Below are positions 45,036 through 54,248 of a DNA stretch of 64,000 nucleotides, piece by piece. Every line of letters starts with the position of its first letter. Positions within the stretch are counted from its first letter, which is position 1. The stretch comes from Patescibacteria group bacterium (GTDB lineage Bacteria > Patescibacteriota > Patescibacteriia > UM-FILTER-42-10). Below the pieces are notes generated by a model. The model was not told the origin of the DNA. It did no database searches and saw nothing but the letters and a program-made list of their open reading frames with translations. Both the position numbers and the translations under genes were made by a program. The stretch lies in NCBI GenBank assembly GCA_041664365.1, contig JBAYKW010000001.1, positions 71,168-135,167 of the forward strand, in the 5' to 3' direction.

Positions 45036-45671
45036 ATGAAAAATTTTAACAGAAACGGAAAATCATTTGACCGGAAAAACGGTCCCAGTTTTGACCGCAG
45101 AGAATCAATGAGCGGCGGATACAACAGAGGGGGTGATTCGGATCATCACGTAATGCATCAAGCGGTTTGCTCGGAATGCGGTCAGAGCTGCGAAGTACCG
45201 TTTAAACCGACCGGTAATAAGCCGGTTTACTGCAGTAACTGCTTTAAAGGCAAGGACAAATCAAGTTCTAGCCGATCTTTTGGCAGGGATTTTGGCAAAC
45301 CGAATTTTTATGAAAAGAAAATGTTTAAAGCCACCTGTTCCCAGTGCGGACAGAGTTGCGAAGTACCATTCAGACCTACAGGGGAGAAGCCGGTTCTATG
45401 TTCCAGCTGTTTTGGCAAAGATCCGAGAAGCACAGATCGAAAGCCAAGTGATGTGAATAGTGGAAAGTTCGATGGTCAGTTGAAGACTATTAACGAGAAG
45501 CTGGATAAAATATTAAGACAATTAGCACAAACTGAAACAAATGTTTCCCCAGTAAAAGAAAAAACTGTTATCAAACCAGAAGTGAAGAAGAAGGAAACAG
45601 CAAAAGCTGCGGTAAAAAAGAAGGTGGTTAAGACGGTTAAAGTAAAGCCAAAAGCAAAGAAGAAAAAATAA
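45036..45671 (+). CDS. Tandem zinc-ribbon protein with a lysine-rich C-terminal tail
   Basis: Two copies of C..CGQSCEVPF.PTG.KPV.CS.CF (CxxC-N17-CxxC). Arg/Gly-rich N-terminus. KKKVVKTVKVKPKAKKKK tail. Confidence 0.6.
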   Translation: MKNFNRNGKSFDRKNGPSFDRRESMSGGYNRGGDSDHHVMHQAVCSECGQSCEVPFKPTGNKPVYCSNCFKGKDKSSSSRSFGRDFGKPNFYEKKMFKATCSQCGQSCEVPFRPTGEKPVLCSSCFGKDPRSTDRKPSDVNSGKFDGQLKTINEKLDKILRQLAQTETNVSPVKEKTVIKPEVKKKETAKAAVKKKVVKTVKVKPKAKKKK

Positions 45672-45724
45672 GCACACAACTATTTTTGGCTTGTATATTT
45701 AGAATATATTTGTTATTGTGATAA

Positions 45725-45830
45725 TACCTTGAGTGCTGGGGAGTGAAAAAGCAAAAAGTCCTTCCAAGGAAGGTGCTTTGGAACTATGAACTAGCATTAA
45801 TTATAACCGGTCAACAGCCGGTTTTTTGTG
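45725..45830 (+). ncRNA. Candidate yybP-ykoY (Mn2+) riboswitch leader with terminator expression platform
   Basis: GGGGAGTG (45738-45745) resembles the conserved GGGGAGUAG L1 of the motif. Internal hairpin CCTTCC-AA-GGAAGG. Terminator AACCGG-TCAACAG-CCGGTT-TTTTT (45805-45827) lies 33 nt before the TerC start. TerC is the classic regulated gene. Confidence 0.35.
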
Positions 45831-45859
45831 AATTAATTTGGTTATGTCATAATTACTAT

Positions 45860-46780
45860 ATGGATATTCAGACAAAATTGTTTATTCTGTTCGGAGTAGT
45901 TGTTACTCTGTTTTTAATTATTGATCTCGGTTTTTTTAACCGGAAAAGCCATAAAATTGAATTCAGACCGGCATTATATCAGTCAATATTCTGGATAGTG
46001 ATTTCTGTGCTCTTTGGTCTGCTGATATATATTTACATGGACAGGGAATTGGCAGCTCAGTTTATGAGTGCCTATGTAACGGAAAAAATGTTGTCTGTCG
46101 ACAATCTGTTTGTGATTATGCTTATCTTCAGCTATTTTAAGCTAGAGGAAAAATATCATCACAGAGTGCTGTTCTGGGGTATTATGGGGGCAATTGTATT
46201 CAGAGGAGTATTTATCGGTGTTGGTGCATATATTATTCATCAATTTCACTGGGTACTTTATGTTTTTGGTGCAGTACTGCTTTATACTGGAATTAAGCTT
46301 TTACGTGATAAAAAAGAAGAGCATATTCATTTTAATGATAATAAGATTATCAAGCTCGCGCGTAAATATTTACCATTCACGGTAAATCATCATAATGGCA
46401 AATTCTTCACCCGAGAGCACGGTAAGTTTATGTTTACTTCACTATTTATGATCATGATATTGATTGAAGCGACAGATATTCTTTTTGCTGTAGATTCTAT
46501 TCCAGCAGTTTTCGCAATATCTCAAAATTTCTTTATCGTTTTCACCTCAAACATCTTTGCAATCCTGGGGTTAAGGGCACTGTTTTTCCTGATTGAAAGT
46601 GTTCTGCATCGATTTCATCATTTACAAAAAGGACTAGCATTTATCCTTCTGTTTATTGGAATAAAAATGCTTTCTGGAATTCTTGGCGTTCACATATCAT
46701 CCTTAGTTTCATTTGGCATAATTATGTTTGCGCTTTTCTCATCAATTATTTTATCAATTCTGTTTCCGAAGAAAATATAA
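45860..46780 (+). CDS. TerC-family integral membrane protein (Mn efflux-associated)
   Basis: Start taken at MDIQTKLFILFGVVV. The track start 45743 would read through the leader. Motifs DLGFFNRKSHKIEF and EKMLSVDNLFVI are typical of TerC/Alx. Confidence 0.85.
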   Translation: MDIQTKLFILFGVVVTLFLIIDLGFFNRKSHKIEFRPALYQSIFWIVISVLFGLLIYIYMDRELAAQFMSAYVTEKMLSVDNLFVIMLIFSYFKLEEKYHHRVLFWGIMGAIVFRGVFIGVGAYIIHQFHWVLYVFGAVLLYTGIKLLRDKKEEHIHFNDNKIIKLARKYLPFTVNHHNGKFFTREHGKFMFTSLFMIMILIEATDILFAVDSIPAVFAISQNFFIVFTSNIFAILGLRALFFLIESVLHRFHHLQKGLAFILLFIGIKMLSGILGVHISSLVSFGIIMFALFSSIILSILFPKKI

Positions 46781-46821
46781 GTCAGTGAATGACGGCATAT
46801 TTTATATTACATAAGTTACTT

Positions 46822-47943
46822 TTATTTTGCGATAAAAAGCGAAATCCATTGGGAAAGTGACGAAGTAAACATTTCCGGTTTTTCGATTAGCAGTTTTTTC
46901 AGCTCGGATTGCTTGAACCATCTTACTTCAGCTACTTCCTCTGTTTGTAGCATGAATTCCTCAGCATTCTTGTTAATTGCCAAAGTAAACCATTGGATAA
47001 AAAAGTTGCTAGAATTCCGGACTCTTGTTTTTTCATATGACATGAACTTCAAACCAAAGATGCCAATTTCCTCCTTAGCTTCTTTTATTATGTTTTGTTC
47101 GTAGGTTTCTCCTGTTTCAACAGTCCCTGCGACAGCCGCGCTCCACTTCCCCGGATTAATACTTTTAGTTAACGCTCTTTTAGCTAATAATACATTGCCC
47201 TTTGAGTTAGTGATCCACAGTCCGGTCGCACGAAAAATATCACTTTTATTAATCTGATCTCTGTATTTAAATCCGATTTCCTCGTCATTTTCGTTTACAA
47301 CAGTGATTTTTTGTTTGGAATGTGATTGATAATTACCATTAATCATGATTTCAAACTTCCTAAGATCTCCCAGTAGTTTATCTGGATTCTGATACAAAAT
47401 TGTCTGCATGCCGAAGTGCTCTGCCGCTTCAACTACAACCGGTAGATCATCAATATATAAAACTTCTTTTGGCAGTACCTTTAATTTCTTTAAAGCATCG
47501 TCAAATAATTTCGTATCCGGTTTTTTTGATCCAAGTTGGTAGGTCAATGTAATGGAATCAAAAATATTCATATCAATTATAGGTTTAAACCCATATTCAA
47601 AATCCCACTCGCTGGTGCTGGATAAGAGTCCCAGCTTGTAATTTGGTTTTAGCTGATGAATCAGCTCGATTGTCTCCGGGATGGGAGTGAAGATTTTGGT
47701 ATAGGCTTCTCTAAACTGTTTCGGAGTTATTATTAAATCACATAATTCTATAACTTGATTGTAAAATTCATCGGAATTAATTTTGCCCTGCTCGTAATAA
47801 CTTGGTAGTTTTGATTTTTCATAAATTAATTTGCTCAACTCAAAAACAGATTTGCCGGTATGTTTGGCAATTTTATTCAAAAACAAGCCATTGTCAAAAC
47901 TGGCTATGACATTCCCGAAATCAAATATGATTGCTTTAATCAT
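46822..47943 (-). CDS. HAD-like hydrolase fused to a C-terminal NUDIX domain
   Basis: HAD motifs I (IIFDFGNV; the second Asp is replaced by Gly), II (LLSSTS), III (K in SKKPD) and IV (YIDDLP). C-terminal Nudix box GTVETGETYEQNIIKEAKEEIG. Confidence 0.75.
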   Translation of the reverse strand: MIKAIIFDFGNVIASFDNGLFLNKIAKHTGKSVFELSKLIYEKSKLPSYYEQGKINSDEFYNQVIELCDLIITPKQFREAYTKIFTPIPETIELIHQLKPNYKLGLLSSTSEWDFEYGFKPIIDMNIFDSITLTYQLGSKKPDTKLFDDALKKLKVLPKEVLYIDDLPVVVEAAEHFGMQTILYQNPDKLLGDLRKFEIMINGNYQSHSKQKITVVNENDEEIGFKYRDQINKSDIFRATGLWITNSKGNVLLAKRALTKSINPGKWSAAVAGTVETGETYEQNIIKEAKEEIGIFGLKFMSYEKTRVRNSSNFFIQWFTLAINKNAEEFMLQTEEVAEVRWFKQSELKKLLIEKPEMFTSSLSQWISLFIAK

Positions 47944-48047
47944 TGTCTATATAAAATAAGTGAAATAACCCAGCTTTAGCCATTATATCGCATATTGATT
48001 AAAAAAAACATCAAGCGGAGGCCTGATGTGATGAACGTTATGAGCTA

Positions 48048-48506
48048 TCATCCGGAAGGTCCGGACAGGGATATTGTGTACAGTCTCTGGCCGTACTCGA
48101 CCGGTTGACCGGTTTCGGCATGAATCTGCCTGATTGTACCCTCAAATTGGGAAACGACCGGGTTTTTCAGCCCGTGTATTTCAATATAACCCACGGTTTC
48201 GCCCTGCGAAACAAAACTGCCCTCGATGAGTGGCGGATTTTCCTCCAGATCGGCCGCGGCCAAAAACCATCCCACAGACGGCGATTCGATAGTACACAGC
48301 TGTTCCTGGACCGCCAACTTTTCCGCAGTCTGCGGCTGGCTGGCGGAACTGTCCGAAGGTGACATTCGAACACGGATCTTGGAAAATCCCCTCATGTTCC
48401 TTACTTCCAGCTCGGCAATAGTTGGATGCTCTTGGAGCAGGCTGACTATTTGCCGGACTTTTTTCAAGTCCATATCTGCTCCTTTCTGGTGTTGAGCCGG
48501 TGGCAA
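48048..48506 (-). CDS. BCCP-like biotinyl/lipoyl-domain protein lacking the canonical AMKM biotinylation motif
   Basis: N-terminus DLKKVRQIVSLLQEHPTIAELEV resembles the AccB N-terminus. The C-terminal hybrid-barrel pattern ...GETVGYIEIHGLKNP..EGTI...GQPVEYGQRLYTI aligns with the BCCP ...CIVEAMKMMN..SGTV...GQPVEFDEPL pattern, but with IHGL in place of AMKM. The GC is elevated (about 52%). Confidence 0.5.
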   Translation of the reverse strand: MPPAQHQKGADMDLKKVRQIVSLLQEHPTIAELEVRNMRGFSKIRVRMSPSDSSASQPQTAEKLAVQEQLCTIESPSVGWFLAAADLEENPPLIEGSFVSQGETVGYIEIHGLKNPVVSQFEGTIRQIHAETGQPVEYGQRLYTISLSGPSG

Positions 48507-48599
48507 TGATCAAACGGGCTTTTTAGGCCATATAGAGTTTAGGCGTAAATTTTGGACATGTCAATAAAGTGTATTGATTGTAAAATAAAAGAAGTTATT

Positions 48600-50117
48600 C
48601 TATTTGTCAGTATAAAAAAGATGCGCCGATGCCTCATGGGCGATTAGGGAATCAATAAGCTCGCCGGCTTGTGATAAATAATTCAGGAAGAATGCGCGGT
48701 ACTCAAAGAATCCCGGGTTTTCCCACGAGGTTTTATGTGTTGTTATAATCCATATTCTCTCATTATTTTCTGATAATTGTTCCAGTTCTTTTAAATATTG
48801 TTCCCGATTTCTTCCCGCAAAGTTTGAAACATAGTAGTTTGATTCGGGGATTTGCATCCTGAGCTGGTAATATTCATATAGGGAAGCAACATCAAAAGGA
48901 ATATAAATAATGTCATCTTGTTTTCTATTATTTTCAACATATTCAAATACAACATCAATTTCACATTTCTCTACTGGGAAAATTGCGGAAGATATACCAT
49001 AAACAGATTGAGATAGGAGTATGATTAGAAGTGTAAAAATTACTATTGATTTTCTAATATGTGATTTGCTATAGATTGAAGCAAGGCCTTTTATTACCCC
49101 CAGAATTATTAATGGCAGTAAAAATAGAACAAGTCTTCCATAAATCGGATAGTAATGAAGAATTGATGCGATAGTCAAAAATACGACAGGTGAAACTAAT
49201 ATATAAAAACTGAATTTGGATTGTTTGAAGAGTTTAATTAACCCAAAAATAAAAATGATGCCTATTGGAATAGAAAGAAGATTATACATACCTGGATAAT
49301 CAAATATTCTGATAAAAGTTACTTCCCATTGTCCCAGTCCTTCCATACTGAAAGGAGAACTCAGAAATCCGTCGTGCCAAAAAAATGATAGGTAGCTGCT
49401 TGAAATAAAATACTTAAGAAAAGAAAAATAGTAGAGAATAATATTTATTATCCATAAAATTATGGACAGAGACACGGCTTTTAGCTGCCCCCATTGCTTA
49501 TTCACTATGTAATATATAAAAAAGCTTGTTCCGGTTCCGGCCAAAAAAAATGATGCCGGAAATGAAAAATAAATTAAAAATGACCCGAGTATTCCAAATA
49601 ATATTCCATATCTGATTGTGTATCTTCTATTTTTCATAAACAGTGCGGTGTTTAGTATGAGTATCACAATCAGTACGTCAACAATGTATGGTTTGATTTC
49701 AGTTGAAAAATCAATAAGTGGAAATGATACAGAAAAAATAAAAACTGACAAAGGTAAAAATAATTTGGAAATTATTTGTTTTGCTAATTTGTAAAACGCT
49801 ATAATAGAAAGAATCCCGCAGATGAGCGGAAAAAGCCTAAAAGCATATTCACTTATGCCAAAAAAGGTAATAAATATTTTTTCAATCCATAGAAAACCGA
49901 GCGGGGCCACTTGAAGATAATCCAGCGAGTGTGCAATCCTGTCCAGAGGCAAATTAATGATGCTAATAGCAATTGATGCTTCATCTGTCCACAACGAGTT
50001 ATTCTGGATAAATCTTAGGATTCTAAGCAGAGCACCAAAGAAAATAATGACCCAAACACACGTCTGTGAAAAATAGAATAATTGTATACTTTTAAATGTC
50101 TTCCTAAAAACACTCAT
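48600..50117 (-). CDS. GT39/GT83-like (ArnT/PMT-type) membrane glycosyltransferase
   Basis: 505 aa with 11 or more TM helices. First periplasmic loop carries the LWTDEA motif (DE catalytic pair). Soluble C-terminal domain. Confidence 0.7.
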   Translation of the reverse strand: MSVFRKTFKSIQLFYFSQTCVWVIIFFGALLRILRFIQNNSLWTDEASIAISIINLPLDRIAHSLDYLQVAPLGFLWIEKIFITFFGISEYAFRLFPLICGILSIIAFYKLAKQIISKLFLPLSVFIFSVSFPLIDFSTEIKPYIVDVLIVILILNTALFMKNRRYTIRYGILFGILGSFLIYFSFPASFFLAGTGTSFFIYYIVNKQWGQLKAVSLSIILWIINIILYYFSFLKYFISSSYLSFFWHDGFLSSPFSMEGLGQWEVTFIRIFDYPGMYNLLSIPIGIIFIFGLIKLFKQSKFSFYILVSPVVFLTIASILHYYPIYGRLVLFLLPLIILGVIKGLASIYSKSHIRKSIVIFTLLIILLSQSVYGISSAIFPVEKCEIDVVFEYVENNRKQDDIIYIPFDVASLYEYYQLRMQIPESNYYVSNFAGRNREQYLKELEQLSENNERIWIITTHKTSWENPGFFEYRAFFLNYLSQAGELIDSLIAHEASAHLFYTDK

Positions 50118-50162
50118 CTTTTTAGGCTAAATTTATACTGAAAACTATGATAGAATTGTATC

Positions 50163-51197
50163 ATGCTAAATGCAAAACAGATAATCTTGGAGGGAAATTC
50201 ACTTGGTTTTGATTTACTTGGTGTAATGCCAGTGCAACCCAGTAAATATAAACATCAACTTGACCAGTGGCTGAGAAACGGAATGGCGGGAGAGATGGAA
50301 TGGATTCGCCGAGGTCAGGAAAAGCGTGATAATCCGAAAAGAGTATTCCCAGAGGCAAAAACCGTGATCATGGTCGGCATGAATTATTTTAATCAAGATA
50401 TATCAGCAGATTTACTTAATGATCCATCCAGAGGAATTATTGCGCGGTATGCCTGGTTTGATGATTATCATGAAATCGTAAAACTTCGTCTGGAAAAACT
50501 TGTCGGATCGATTTCAGTAATATTAAAAAAGAATATCAACGCCAAGGTTTATGTAGACACGGGTCCTTTCCTGGAGCGGGAATACGCTAGCCGGTCCGGA
50601 CTGGGTTTCATCGGTAATAATACCAGTCTGATAAATTACCGGATGGGTTCATATCTTTTTCTCGGTGAGATTTTGATCGATGCGGAATTAGAAAGCTTTC
50701 TAATGAAGCGGATCGGATCCTGCGGAACATGCCAGCGCTGCCGAAATAGCTGCCCAACCGACGCGCTGGTGCAGAACCGGGTTTTGGACGCCAGACGATG
50801 TATATCGTATTTGACCATAGAGCTGAAAGGCAGTATTCCAGAGGAAATGCGCCCGTTAATGAAAAACAGAATCTACGGATGCGATATTTGCCAGGAAGTG
50901 TGTCCTTGGAACAGCAAATCGAAGGAGGCATCAATAAATGAATTCAAAGCTAAAAATGATTTGATTGCCCCTAAACTGAATGATCTTGCCAAAATGTCGC
51001 AGACTGAATTTAACTCTCGCTTCAAAAACAGTCCGATTAAAAGAACAAAATACAGGGGATTTATGAGAAACGTGGCGGTGGCTCTGGGAAACTGGGGGAG
51101 CAAGGAAGCACTGTGTGCTATAGAGCTATTAATTAAAAATGAAGATGAACTGGTGCGAACCCACGCAATTTGGGCAAAAAAGCAAATACTGCTATAA
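50163..51197 (+). CDS. queG: Epoxyqueuosine reductase
   Basis: Two 4Fe-4S motifs (CGTCQRCRNSCP, CDICQEVCPWN). C-terminal HEAT-like repeat. N-terminal DUF1730-like region. Confidence 0.85.
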   Translation: MLNAKQIILEGNSLGFDLLGVMPVQPSKYKHQLDQWLRNGMAGEMEWIRRGQEKRDNPKRVFPEAKTVIMVGMNYFNQDISADLLNDPSRGIIARYAWFDDYHEIVKLRLEKLVGSISVILKKNINAKVYVDTGPFLEREYASRSGLGFIGNNTSLINYRMGSYLFLGEILIDAELESFLMKRIGSCGTCQRCRNSCPTDALVQNRVLDARRCISYLTIELKGSIPEEMRPLMKNRIYGCDICQEVCPWNSKSKEASINEFKAKNDLIAPKLNDLAKMSQTEFNSRFKNSPIKRTKYRGFMRNVAVALGNWGSKEALCAIELLIKNEDELVRTHAIWAKKQILL

Positions 51198-51207
51198 TGC
51201 CTGACAA

Positions 51208-52644
51208 ATGAGCAACGAATTCTCCGAACTTAAAAATGGGCTTGAATATCGGCAGAAAGATATTACATTTTCCACGGGTCGAAACAGTAAGAGCCGTTAT
51301 ACTATGTTGCGCGAAGGGAATCCCAGAAAAGTACTGATTCACGGAATCCCTTTTTTGATTACGATTAATCAGAATGATAAATTGGAGGTACTGTCCGGCC
51401 GGTCTATCCTAATCGAGGACGGCGTGATAGTTAAAATACTAAAAGCAACCGAACTTTCCTTTGTTGATCTGACCGAGATAGATCTGATCTATGACGCGGA
51501 ACAGGGCGGAGGAATCGTAGTTACACCGGGGTTGGTCAACGCGCACGCGCACCCGCCCATGTATCTGCTCCGGTCCACGCTCACATTTTCCGAGGCGAAT
51601 TTAGAAAAAACCCTGCGTGGCATGGCAAGACTAGAAGGGAAGATGAATGAAGATGATTTTTTCCTGGGAGCAGTGGGGGATTTTACCGAACAGCAGAAAT
51701 TTGGAATTTCCACGACACTGAGTCACTACGGTGTTTTTAATCCGATTGATGACGCGGCAAAACTGACCGGTCAGGTAGTAATCAACGCGATCAGCGCGGT
51801 AAGTAATTCACACCCGGAAAATACGCCGGCGATGGTTGAAAAATATTTGAAAAATAAAGCAAAGTATCATACAGAACCGGCTATTGCGATTCATGAGCCG
51901 TCCAAAGCTTCCGAAGCAATTTTCAAAAAAGTGAGGATTCTGCAGAAGAAATATAACGCTCTTTTTACTATCCATGTTGCGGAAACTAAAGAGTCGCTGG
52001 AGAAATCGGTAAAGAAGTTTGGTGAGCATCCGGTAAAAACACTGGACCGGTTTGGCCTCTTGAATCCACGGACAATGATGTCGCACGTTGTGCACGTCGG
52101 CCGGGAGGAAGTAGCATTGATTTTAAAGAGAAAGGCGGGAGTGGTTCATTTGCCGACGTCTAATCTATTGCACCGAAGTGGGCAGTTTGATTATCCGCTG
52201 TTTCATAAACTGAAAGCAACCGGACAGATCGCGCTTGGTACGGACAGTGTTGTCAGTAAAAATAGACTGGATCTACTTACGGAAGCTCTGCAAACAAAAA
52301 CCATGCATCAAAACAGGAAGATTGTTCCGTACAGTGATTTATTCAATATGATAACTGCACAGGGTGCCAGGTTACTCGGTCTCAAAAAGGTAGGAAAATT
52401 ATTGCCCGGATACAGGGCGGATATTGCATTTTGGAAACTGCAGGACCGCGGGTTTTTGCCGTACAATTCCAAGGATCCTAAAACCCTGGTCAGTAATATG
52501 ATTACATATGGCGGAAGAAATATCAGGGACCTGATGATCAACGGAAGTTTTGTGATTTCCAACCGCAAGCATAATTTTATCAACGAAACTAACCTGTTGA
52601 TGCAACTTCAGCTGGCGCATATGCAGTTGAGGAAAAAAATATAG
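51208..52644 (+). CDS. Amidohydrolase-family deaminase/chlorohydrolase (MtaD/SsnA-like)
   Basis: Metal-binding HxH (NAHAHP), later His/Asp ligands (HVAE, HVVHV, GTDS), and the TIM-barrel amidohydrolase layout. Confidence 0.75.
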   Translation: MSNEFSELKNGLEYRQKDITFSTGRNSKSRYTMLREGNPRKVLIHGIPFLITINQNDKLEVLSGRSILIEDGVIVKILKATELSFVDLTEIDLIYDAEQGGGIVVTPGLVNAHAHPPMYLLRSTLTFSEANLEKTLRGMARLEGKMNEDDFFLGAVGDFTEQQKFGISTTLSHYGVFNPIDDAAKLTGQVVINAISAVSNSHPENTPAMVEKYLKNKAKYHTEPAIAIHEPSKASEAIFKKVRILQKKYNALFTIHVAETKESLEKSVKKFGEHPVKTLDRFGLLNPRTMMSHVVHVGREEVALILKRKAGVVHLPTSNLLHRSGQFDYPLFHKLKATGQIALGTDSVVSKNRLDLLTEALQTKTMHQNRKIVPYSDLFNMITAQGARLLGLKKVGKLLPGYRADIAFWKLQDRGFLPYNSKDPKTLVSNMITYGGRNIRDLMINGSFVISNRKHNFINETNLLMQLQLAHMQLRKKI

Positions 52645-52687
52645 CAGACTAAAAAGACGGGGATTGATCACCCGTCTTTTTGAATAA

Positions 52688-54163
52688 TTATTTTTCCAAA
52701 TGATAATTCGGCGGCTGTTTGGTTATTGTAACATCATGCGGATGACTTTCTCGTAGTCCCGCCGGGCTGATCTTGATAAACCTCGCTTTTTTATGCAGTT
52801 CCGGAATGGTTTTTGCGCCAATATAACCCATGCCGGATTTAATTCCGCCAACCAGCTGGTAAATATGTCGTGATACCAGACCTTTATAGATCACTCTGGC
52901 TGAAACTCCCTCCGGAACCAGTTTTTCGCTGTCTTTTTGCGATCCCTGTCCGTAACGGTCTTTTGATCCGTGTATCATTGCTTCTTTAGATCCCATTCCG
53001 CGGTAGGATTTGTACATTTTACCCCCTTCATATTCGATCTCTCCCGGCGTTTCTTCACAACCGGCAAACATACTTCCGATCATGACTGAATCTGCCTTAG
53101 CGCCGAGTGCCTTAACAATATCGCCGGAATACCGGATTCCTCCGTCGGCAATGATCGGAATATTGGATTTCCCTCTGCCCTTTACCGCCGCCATAATTGC
53201 ACTGATTTGGGGTACGCCAATTCCGGCGACAACCCTGGTGGTGCAAATTGATCCGGGTCCGACACCGACTTTGACGGCATCCGCGCCGGCGCGGATCAGA
53301 TCTCTGGTGCCTTCCTCTGTGGCGACATTGCCGGCAATAATATCCACATTGGAAAATAGCCTGTTCTTTTTTAAAGCTTTAACTGTATCGAGTACACCTT
53401 TCGTATGGCCGTGGGCAGTGTCCACTACTAAAACGTCCGCGCCGGCGGCAACCAGATACTTGGCGCGCTCCAGCGCTTCTAAACCAACGGAAATCGCCGC
53501 ACCAACGCGCAGTTGTTTCTTATCGTCTTTACACGCATTGGGATGCTGTTCGTTTTTTTCCAGATCCTTTCTGGTCACCATACTCATCAGTTTTCCCTGC
53601 TTATTAACTATAGGCAATGCGGTAAGTCTTTTTTCACGTATAATTTTGTTGGCCTGTTGCAGAGTCATGCCGTGTTTACCCACCACAATTTCATTAATCC
53701 GCTTCATTTTGAATTTAATCGGTAATTTCAAATCATCCGGCACGAAGTAGTCCTGTTCTGTAATCATTCCGACGAGCTTGTTGTTTCTGTCGACAATCGG
53801 GATTTTCTTGTATCCTTTTTTGTCGCGGATTTCCGCCGCATCTTCAATCGGATCTTCCGGTTGTAGGGTAACGGGATTTTCAATAAATCCGTTCTCAAAC
53901 CTTTTTACAAAACTGACTTCCTGTGCCTGCTGGTCTGCCGGCATATTTTTGTGAATGATTCCTATTCCGCCGTGCAGTGCGAGAGCGATCGCCAGGCGAT
54001 GCTCAGTCACTGTATCCATCGGTGAGGAGATCAGCGGAATATTCAGGCTGATTCTTCTGGTCAACCGCGTTTTCAAATCTGTATCATTCGGAAGAATCGC
54101 TGATTTTTGGGGCACTAGCAATACATCGTCATAGGTTAAAGTCTCTTCAAACTGAGTGAACAT
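52688..54163 (-). CDS. guaB: IMP dehydrogenase
   Basis: Catalytic Cys loop [14 protein letters not shown] pair. GGIR motif. Confidence 0.95.
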   Translation of the reverse strand: MFTQFEETLTYDDVLLVPQKSAILPNDTDLKTRLTRRISLNIPLISSPMDTVTEHRLAIALALHGGIGIIHKNMPADQQAQEVSFVKRFENGFIENPVTLQPEDPIEDAAEIRDKKGYKKIPIVDRNNKLVGMITEQDYFVPDDLKLPIKFKMKRINEIVVGKHGMTLQQANKIIREKRLTALPIVNKQGKLMSMVTRKDLEKNEQHPNACKDDKKQLRVGAAISVGLEALERAKYLVAAGADVLVVDTAHGHTKGVLDTVKALKKNRLFSNVDIIAGNVATEEGTRDLIRAGADAVKVGVGPGSICTTRVVAGIGVPQISAIMAAVKGRGKSNIPIIADGGIRYSGDIVKALGAKADSVMIGSMFAGCEETPGEIEYEGGKMYKSYRGMGSKEAMIHGSKDRYGQGSQKDSEKLVPEGVSARVIYKGLVSRHIYQLVGGIKSGMGYIGAKTIPELHKKARFIKISPAGLRESHPHDVTITKQPPNYHLEK

Positions 54164-54248
54164 AATGATTAGGGTTAAGGGGTAAGGTTTTAGGGTAAAT
54201 GTTAAAATGTTGTTTTAATTGTAAGGATATTTTACAATAAAGACAAGT

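Noticed and set aside
45743-45859. Upstream extension of the TerC ORF (MKKQKVLPRK...)
   Set aside because: The extension is hydrophilic and unconserved in pattern, and it overlaps a terminator hairpin and the candidate riboswitch. TerC homologues start at the MDIQ-equivalent position.
53010-53750. 246-aa plus-strand ORF antisense to guaB
   Set aside because: Low-complexity Pro/Ala/Ser translation, opposite a strongly supported IMPDH gene.
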